From: Calditrichaceae bacterium
Lineage (GTDB): Bacteria > Calditrichota > Calditrichia > Calditrichales > JBFXGD01
Reading direction: 5' to 3'
Assembly (NCBI GenBank): GCA_050178385.1
Contig: JBFXGD010000079.1
Location: forward strand, 1-14,854
DNA: 14,854 nt
A program made the position numbers and the translations under genes. Below, piece after piece: positions 9,473 through 14,854 of this stretch. Each line of letters opens with the position of its first letter. The first letter of the stretch is position 1. A model generated the notes under the pieces. It saw only the letters and a program-made list of their open reading frames with translations, was not told where the DNA came from and did not search any database.

Positions 9473-9482
9473 ATCATTCAAA

Positions 9483-10730
9483 CTATTTTGAAATGATCCG
9501 GTCGATAAACGTCGCCAGCGATTGATGCTCCACCGCTGAATTTTTCTTTAATACATTTGACATAAGCGCCACAAGATAGACACGGCCGGCCGGATGCTCG
9601 ACGATGGCAACCGAGTTCATATAGTTTTCAACATTTCCCATATATTTCCCGCACTTGAAATCGGGTTCCACTTTGCAGCGGTACTGGCTTCCCGATTTAA
9701 AATATACCGCCGCGTCCGTTAACGCCGGACTCGAGGCGTAACGGATTCGCTTTGCGGTCATATACATCATTCTTTTGATCTCCAGGCTTGACCATTCATC
9801 CACTATTTTCCCCCGTTCCAGCGCGATGAGATATTTTAGCAACGCCGTGGGTGTTCCGTAACTTCCTCCGCCACCCGGAACAAGTTTTTTGCCTGTTTGC
9901 GTAAAAAAGCTGCCCAGCTGCCATTCATTCTGCTCTATCCCCATAACCCTTAACGGATCATTCACCGTCGACATGGCTATGGCGCTCAATTCGCTTTTTG
10001 AAGTTTTTTCAAAAAAATGCTTTTCCCACTCCGCACTCGCAGGATAATTTTTCCCAAACGCCCTCATCAAAAGAACTTCTTTCCAAACCACGCTTGCCGC
10101 TGAATTCGCGCTGGCTGAGATCATGTGATCCACCCATTCATAAAGAGAAAATGTATCCCCTTCTTTTATCGGTCTCCAGAATGAAGCCTTGGTCTCCGGA
10201 TTAAAAAACGGGACGTCATGATGATCGGTGAGTATCCATTTATCCGCGACAACCATTCGTGTGCGCAGCAGCTCCCGTCTTTTTTCCGGGGAGACCGGGT
10301 AGATTTTTTGTAATTCCGTAAACAGCCCCGCTAAAATCGCCAGCTTTCCCACACTGCCGGGCGCGAATCTGTTATCAGCCTGACGCTTTGCGAAACGCGT
10401 CGGTTTACCCGGCGTTATCTCAAGAAGCGCCAGTGAATAACTTTCATCGCGGTTCGGAAACAGCGCGTCAATCCGTTTTTGTAATTCCGGATCTACCTTC
10501 GGAAGAGCATCGAGACTATCACCCCTGGCGTTTAACAGGTTCAGGGCGATTTCCGCGTAAGGCTTCCGGCCTCCCGGTGGAGGCAATGTCCCCTTGATTT
10601 GTCCCTCGCTTATCATACTCAGTTTTAACAGCCGTCTTATTCCTGTCCATTGATAGCCGTCAATCGGATAACCCGAGAGACCATCAAAAAGGATCATAAA
10701 AAGCAGTAAAATCCCAATTTTTATTTTCAT
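9483..10730 (-). CDS. Exported serine hydrolase of the class A beta-lactamase/PBP fold, hydrolase B
   Basis: Signal peptide MKIKIGILLLFMILFDGLSG. SxxK 'PGSVGK' (10355..10344), SxN 'SAN' (10112..10104), 'YFKSGS' (KSG 9698..9690), helix start 'GTPTALLKYL'. RBS GGGGAG lies in the 33-bp gap after the dikinase. Confidence 0.82.
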   Translation of the reverse strand: MKIKIGILLLFMILFDGLSGYPIDGYQWTGIRRLLKLSMISEGQIKGTLPPPGGRKPYAEIALNLLNARGDSLDALPKVDPELQKRIDALFPNRDESYSLALLEITPGKPTRFAKRQADNRFAPGSVGKLAILAGLFTELQKIYPVSPEKRRELLRTRMVVADKWILTDHHDVPFFNPETKASFWRPIKEGDTFSLYEWVDHMISASANSAASVVWKEVLLMRAFGKNYPASAEWEKHFFEKTSKSELSAIAMSTVNDPLRVMGIEQNEWQLGSFFTQTGKKLVPGGGGSYGTPTALLKYLIALERGKIVDEWSSLEIKRMMYMTAKRIRYASSPALTDAAVYFKSGSQYRCKVEPDFKCGKYMGNVENYMNSVAIVEHPAGRVYLVALMSNVLKKNSAVEHQSLATFIDRIISK

Positions 10731-10763
10731 TGGATTTATTTCTCCCCAACATTGAAATAAACG

Positions 10764-13697
10764 CTACTTAAGTGTATCGCTCAGTGATATCCGGATATTT
10801 TTGATTTTTGGATCCATATTCCGGAGATATTCCGAAGATCGCGCCTTTTTGTTTTCCACAAACGGCCTGACCTGGAACAACCAAATTTGCCCGTCTTTAA
10901 ATCCCAGTTCCACGTCAAACGGTCCTTTTGATTCAATACCGGGGGTTCCCGGGAGTTTCTTTTTAATCTCATCGGCAAATGCGCGAAGCATGATCAGTTC
11001 ATTGTTATCCAGCACCGGTTTGTTTAAAGACATGATTGCTTTCGCGGTTCCTCCGGATGCGGGTAGCGTTGTGCTGAGAGTTTCCCTTGACGGAGACAAT
11101 AATTGAATGGTACCGTCACTTCTCAGAAGATACGATTCGGCCGCCTGACCCTCCACAGCCCCGCCTGCTCCCCGGTTAAAGGCGATGGTTACATCATCCG
11201 CATTCCCTGAAGTCACGCCGGTTGTGATCATCACGCCAGATTTTTCAACATCGACCGTTGGTATAATGAGAATAGACGGATATACATTTTCCGGATTTAG
11301 CAGAAATTTCTGCCTCCATTTATAACTCCGTTCCGTGAACGGAGAAGCCCAGACATCGCGGATAGCCTGAAAAATTTTTTCTTCTTCAACCACATTAAAA
11401 ACAGTCAGATTGAGTCCCGCGCCCGTAAAATCCTTCAAATCTTCCATATTGGTGTCACTGCGGATAAAAACCGGTACACTACCTATTTCCCTACCCAGAA
11501 TATCCGCAAATCCCGAGTTCATCTTTTGTAAAAACTCCTGTGAAAAATTAATTTTCTGGATGGCGTCACGAAGCGCTTCGAGACGCTTTAAGACCATTGA
11601 ATCAATCTGATCAGGCGTCATACCGGTTTTATTCTCCACGGATGCATTCTCAAATGTCCCCTGTAAATACTGCCAGTAAGTCAATTCACCACCCGGCATG
11701 ATTTGATCCAAGTGCTGTCGGAAAATTCCGAATGGAATCACAAGACCTTCCACAACCTGCTGCGGGAACATACTTTTCAACTGACCAAGATTTGCAGCTT
11801 TCGGGCCGCAAATTTTTCCCGAATCAAGTGCCCTGAGTTTTCGAAGATTTAAAATATCGGTCTGATTCAAATTGATTTTCCCGGTGGGAACCTTAATTCT
11901 TTCCTCTTTCCTTTTTTTTATCTGAATAAGTGACTTTTCCTTATCCGTCATTTTTTCGGCCGGTTTCATCAACACGCTGCCACCCGGTGAAACCGCGTAA
12001 AACACATCTTTTCCCGAATAAACAGATAAATCGGCCAAATTTTGTTCCGACAAAACCGCGTTCGGGATGCCAAGATTCCGCGCCAGCAGCTGCACATGCG
12101 AAACAAGATTGCCCTCGGAAACAGTCGCGATTCCCGCTACCGGCTTCATATCCGCCGGCGGCCGCATAAGAATATAAATTTTATCCGCCGCGAACTGAAT
12201 ATCATCCGGCGCCCCGGGAACAACTTCCAGCTTCCCAAAAGCAAACCCCGGATTGAGACCGGTAATTTTATTCTGATTGCTTATCCCCATTACATTGTTG
12301 CTCTGCCCGGCGTAAATGGACAACCTATCCGACAGATCGCCTGCAATTTCTCCGAGAGGAAGCAGAACAGAACCACGGATGCGGTCATCGGTAAATCCTT
12401 TTGCCAGCGGTTCGAAAGCGCCGAACAAAGAAACGACCGATTCAAAATTAGTCCGCACCATTCCCGCGCTCCATTCCACTGCGCGTCTTGAGATTTCGCT
12501 TTTTCTTCTGAAATCATCCAGGCTCATATCCTCTGCGCCGCCGGACGACAATAATAATGGTTCAATTTGTTCCCATTCCCATTTTTCAATAAAACCGCAG
12601 CCTGCCGCGGCTTTTGTAAGATAGTAATTTTTCTCAAGCAGCCCGCCGATGGTCTCAGGCATCCATAAATGAATTTCACTAAAAAGTATCATTTCGAGTT
12701 CGTTTGAAAGATCAATGATTGCCAGACGCTGATCCGGCCTTGACACAGAAAGCAGATTCGCCCTGATCTCCCACAGGAGTGAAGAAATATCTTTTATCCT
12801 GTTATTCTGAAGATCCTGACTGTTCTTTTTACCGTATGCCGCGATCAGCTTTTTAGTCCGCGCGGACAGAATGTTCGATGTTGGTAATTTTTCGATATAT
12901 TTGCTGAGTGTCTGGAGGTCTGTAGGCTTGAACGCCAGTTCTAGTTCACTCTCCAGGTTCTGCAGCAGCTCGGCCATCATCACGGGAATTTTGTTCTTGT
13001 ACCGCGTTTTGAAATTTCTGACCCTTTCCAGATCTCCCGCATCCGGCTGACCGTGTAATTTCACCCGCAAATCCATAAAGGTGGGCAGCGAATCGCCAAG
13101 AGTTTTTGAGAGATCCCGAATATTATTCCAGTGATTATAATTCGCCTTATGCGGAATATCCTTCGCGGCCTGACGCAATAAAAAGAAACGCGTATCAATA
13201 ATTTCACCACTGGAAACCAGCCATTTAAGGAAATTCACTCCCCAGTATTCTTCGTCTTCTACCTGAATAGCGCCCCTGTAGTACCGCGCTTTGCGAAAAA
13301 TCCAGCCGTCATCGCCGCGCTGAAGGTATCTCTCCATCATATACTGTTTTAATCTGGAATTCCGGTTTGATTCATCCCAGACATCTTCAAACTTCGCACC
13401 GGCAAGAATCTGCCCCAAATATATCCCGTTATTTTTTGCAAGTCTTGTAACAATATCTTTGTGAATTGCATGCTGGATGCCGCCGGGTTCAGGACATCTT
13501 TCCTTTGGCGGAATGATACTGCCATCCGGACAAAACCAGCGAATCGCCTGATAAGGGCCGCGTTCATCTTTTTTAAATGACTGAATTAATCTTGCGATTT
13601 CGGCAGATTCAATTGACTGTGAGTAAAGATTGACGGTAAAAACTAAAAACAGAAACTGAAAAAGAAGCAGAAGAGGAATGAGGACTTTTGATTTCAT
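10764..13697 (-). CDS. Signal-peptide-bearing dikinase of the PEP-utilising/PPDK superfamily with GWD/PWD-like domain order (unknown N-domain - phospho-His domain - ATP-grasp nucleotide-binding domain)
   Basis: N-terminal hydrophobic signal MKSKVLIPLLLLFQFLFLVFTVNLYS. Phospho-His motif 'EGNLVSHVQLLARNLGIP' (His534, codon 12098..12096). PPDK_N/ATP-grasp motifs 'CGPKAANLGQL' (Lys633), 'GLVIPFGIF', 'VFIRSDTNMEDLKDFTGAGL', 'AIRDVWAS', 'GGAVEG' and 'DVELGFKDGQIWLFQVRP'. No PEP/pyruvate TIM-barrel domain is present. Confidence 0.88.
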   Translation of the reverse strand: MKSKVLIPLLLLFQFLFLVFTVNLYSQSIESAEIARLIQSFKKDERGPYQAIRWFCPDGSIIPPKERCPEPGGIQHAIHKDIVTRLAKNNGIYLGQILAGAKFEDVWDESNRNSRLKQYMMERYLQRGDDGWIFRKARYYRGAIQVEDEEYWGVNFLKWLVSSGEIIDTRFFLLRQAAKDIPHKANYNHWNNIRDLSKTLGDSLPTFMDLRVKLHGQPDAGDLERVRNFKTRYKNKIPVMMAELLQNLESELELAFKPTDLQTLSKYIEKLPTSNILSARTKKLIAAYGKKNSQDLQNNRIKDISSLLWEIRANLLSVSRPDQRLAIIDLSNELEMILFSEIHLWMPETIGGLLEKNYYLTKAAAGCGFIEKWEWEQIEPLLLSSGGAEDMSLDDFRRKSEISRRAVEWSAGMVRTNFESVVSLFGAFEPLAKGFTDDRIRGSVLLPLGEIAGDLSDRLSIYAGQSNNVMGISNQNKITGLNPGFAFGKLEVVPGAPDDIQFAADKIYILMRPPADMKPVAGIATVSEGNLVSHVQLLARNLGIPNAVLSEQNLADLSVYSGKDVFYAVSPGGSVLMKPAEKMTDKEKSLIQIKKRKEERIKVPTGKINLNQTDILNLRKLRALDSGKICGPKAANLGQLKSMFPQQVVEGLVIPFGIFRQHLDQIMPGGELTYWQYLQGTFENASVENKTGMTPDQIDSMVLKRLEALRDAIQKINFSQEFLQKMNSGFADILGREIGSVPVFIRSDTNMEDLKDFTGAGLNLTVFNVVEEEKIFQAIRDVWASPFTERSYKWRQKFLLNPENVYPSILIIPTVDVEKSGVMITTGVTSGNADDVTIAFNRGAGGAVEGQAAESYLLRSDGTIQLLSPSRETLSTTLPASGGTAKAIMSLNKPVLDNNELIMLRAFADEIKKKLPGTPGIESKGPFDVELGFKDGQIWLFQVRPFVENKKARSSEYLRNMDPKIKNIRISLSDTLK

Positions 13698-13806
13698 ATA
13701 TTATCCCTGACAATATTGTGAAACTGGCCTATTCAGTGATTAAATTAATATAAAATTACACTAAAATGAAGATATTATTTCTCGCGCGGCCGGTGAGATA
13801 CTTTCC

Positions 13807-13842
13807 GGTTAAACCATTCTCTGACATTCTCTGATCTTAACC
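13807..13842. repeat. Perfect 10-bp tandem direct repeat (CATTCTCTGA x2) flanked by a 6-bp inverted repeat (GGTTAA/TTAACC); candidate operator
   Basis: CATTCTCTGA at 13815-13824 and 13825-13834; GGTTAA at 13807-13812 and TTAACC at 13837-13842. Lies 110-145 bp upstream of the dikinase start. The repeat is seen directly; its function is unproven. Confidence 0.5.
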
Positions 13843-13897
13843 ACTCAAGCGCCTGGATTTAAGGAGAAACAATACAAATAATGGTGAAATAGCAGGC

Positions 13898-14170
13898 TTA
13901 TTCCACATCACCCCGGTCATCGCAATAACATGAATCACCCTGAAATTTATCCCAAAGCTCTTTGAAGGATGTTAATTCATCAATATGCCCGGAAATCGCT
14001 TTCATTCCGGCATACTTTTTACCATCATCATCCAGGACAGGCAGGCTCTGAAATTTTTGCCGATCTTCAAGCCCGGACAGGACAGTGTCGTATGCGATAA
14101 CCAGTTCATCGAGCCGGTCCTGAAGATCGTCGCATTCAGAACAGTTTTTATGCCGGTATAATGTGATCAT
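13898..14170 (-). CDS. Small glutaredoxin/thioredoxin-fold protein with CxxC and a C-terminal CxC tail
   Basis: 'MITLYRHKNCSECDDLQDRL' gives the beta1-CxxC-helix pattern (CSEC 14143..14132). cis-Pro-type motif 'LPVLDDDGK'; tail 'FQGDSCYCDDRGDVE'. RBS AGGGA upstream. Confidence 0.75.
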   Translation of the reverse strand: MITLYRHKNCSECDDLQDRLDELVIAYDTVLSGLEDRQKFQSLPVLDDDGKKYAGMKAISGHIDELTSFKELWDKFQGDSCYCDDRGDVE

Positions 14171-14285
14171 ATTTATTCCCTGATTATTATCCTAAACGTT
14201 GCATTTAGCCGACATGTTCAATAAACGTGTAAGCTCGTGTCAATATTTCGAACAAGGAATATGGCTTATATGGATAACATCAAAG

Positions 14286-14345
14286 TCTGATACGCATGAG
14301 CCGATAATAACATACGGTTCGGACAATCGTAACTTACGCATCAGA
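14286..14345 (-). other. Predicted 60-nt RNA hairpin in intergenic region (possible regulatory or processing structure)
   Basis: On the minus strand UCUGAUGCGUA pairs with UGCGUAUCAGA (11 bp, 2 G-U), then AGUU/GGCU and CGAU/AUCG. The G-U pairs would be A-C mismatches on the plus strand. Confidence 0.4.
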
Positions 14346-14439
14346 GAAACGGCTGACGCGCTTGTGGCAAAATCCCATTCCAGTATTTGTGTTTTTATGT
14401 TAAGAAAATGAGAGATCTTTCCCTTAATTCGCCTAATTA

Positions 14440-14853
14440 TTATTCAGGAAATGTAAGAGATGATGTTTGATAAAAGCCCACCGTTAAATCCCTGTTGCCG
14501 GTTTGGGCAATTAAATAATCTGTGTATTCATTTAGATTATTTGTCGAACGCAGAGAATATGGCAACGGCTGATTTGAAAAAGCATCATCTAAACTATGAA
14601 GCAATGTCGCGGGCGGATACGGATTCTGAAAAGCCGGTGATTCCTTCGTGGAACGATGAATGATGTTCTTCGCCTTGTGAAATGCGCCGGAGGCCAGGCT
14701 TCTGCCTCCCCGGTAAATGGATTTTACAGAGTAGCCAAAGATAAAATCGATAATTCCGGAGGTCAGATATTCATTATATATATCAGCCATCATCGGGAAC
14801 CGGACCGGGACCGTCGGAAACAGAGGATGATTCCCAATCCCATTTAGGATGGA
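14440..14853 (-). CDS. 3' end of an unidentified protein, truncated by the window edge
   Basis: The frame of the 14440..14793 ORF stays open to the window end (…SILNGIGNHPLFPTVPVRFPMMADIYNEYL…) and ends in tandem TAA TAA. Same strand as the downstream genes. No family recognised. Confidence 0.55.
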   Translation of the reverse strand, partial: SILNGIGNHPLFPTVPVRFPMMADIYNEYLTSGIIDFIFGYSVKSIYRGGRSLASGAFHKAKNIIHRSTKESPAFQNPYPPATLLHSLDDAFSNQPLPYSLRSTNNLNEYTDYLIAQTGNRDLTVGFYQTSSLTFPE

Positions 14854-14854
14854 A

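Noticed and set aside
7024..9477. Minus-strand ORFs within NTT-HEAT (7024..7260, 7432..7662, 8986..9477)
   Set aside because: Antisense shadow ORFs with no recognisable family signal.
5659..10730. Calling the two serine hydrolases beta-lactam resistance genes (bla)
   Set aside because: Both lack a recognisable Glu166 ExxLN omega loop, have atypical motif spacing, and have no mobile-element context.
10787..10798. 12-bp palindrome ATATCCGGATAT and frequent (T)CCGG(A) words across the window
   Set aside because: Lies in coding sequence. CCGG words look common throughout, which suggests genome-wide oligonucleotide bias; this cannot be quantified here.
9998..13567. Short alternative-frame or antisense ORFs inside hydrolase B and the dikinase (e.g. 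12042..12491)
   Set aside because: Fully overlapped by long motif-bearing CDSs, with no independent evidence.
10764..13697. Annotation as PEP synthase (ppsA), PPDK or rifampin phosphotransferase (rph)
   Set aside because: No PEP/pyruvate TIM barrel, the His domain precedes the ATP-grasp domain, and a signal peptide is present; the domain order fits none of these enzymes.
13779..13800. GC-rich imperfect hairpin (TCTCGC…GTGAGA) as a terminator for the glutaredoxin-like gene
   Set aside because: The stem has a mismatch on the minus strand and there is no U-tract in the relevant direction.
14221..14243. TTGACA (-35-like) on the minus strand upstream of the glutaredoxin-like gene
   Set aside because: No acceptable -10 hexamer at 16-18 bp spacing, so no promoter is called.
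14199..14847. Plus-strand ORFs 14199..14411, 14460..14663 and 14656..14847
   Set aside because: Short, with no motifs; the latter two overlap a longer open minus-strand frame.
1..14854. CRISPR array, IS/transposase, integrase, tRNA or rRNA
   Set aside because: No regularly spaced repeats, terminal inverted repeats, recombinase motifs or RNA-gene signatures were found; intergenic gaps are all short.

Overview
AT-rich bacterial DNA with nine complete CDSs and one CDS cut by the right edge; no rRNA, tRNA, CRISPR array or mobile element is visible. The left part (minus strand) holds a tandem-rhodanese sulfurtransferase plus SufE-like pair, a DUF4442/hotdog-fold protein and a membrane hybrid histidine kinase (2x Cache, 2x PAS, HisKA, HATPase, REC). 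The standout is a four-gene block (5659-13697) made of two convergent two-gene units: [exported beta-lactamase/PBP-fold serine hydrolase A -> NTT/TLC nucleotide-transporter-HEAT fusion] facing [exported serine hydrolase B <- 977-aa signal-peptide-bearing dikinase]. The dikinase has a phospho-His swivel motif (NLVSHVQLLARN) upstream of a C-terminal ATP-grasp domain. That order and those motifs resemble plant glucan/phosphoglucan water dikinases (GWD/PWD) rather than PEP synthase or PPDK. By inference, this could be an extracytoplasmic ATP-dependent phosphorylation system with its own nucleotide transporter acting on a cell-envelope substrate. The right end has a small glutaredoxin-fold CxxC/CxC protein, a candidate minus-strand RNA hairpin and the 3' end of an unidentified gene. 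All family calls come from motif recognition by eye; no searches were run.
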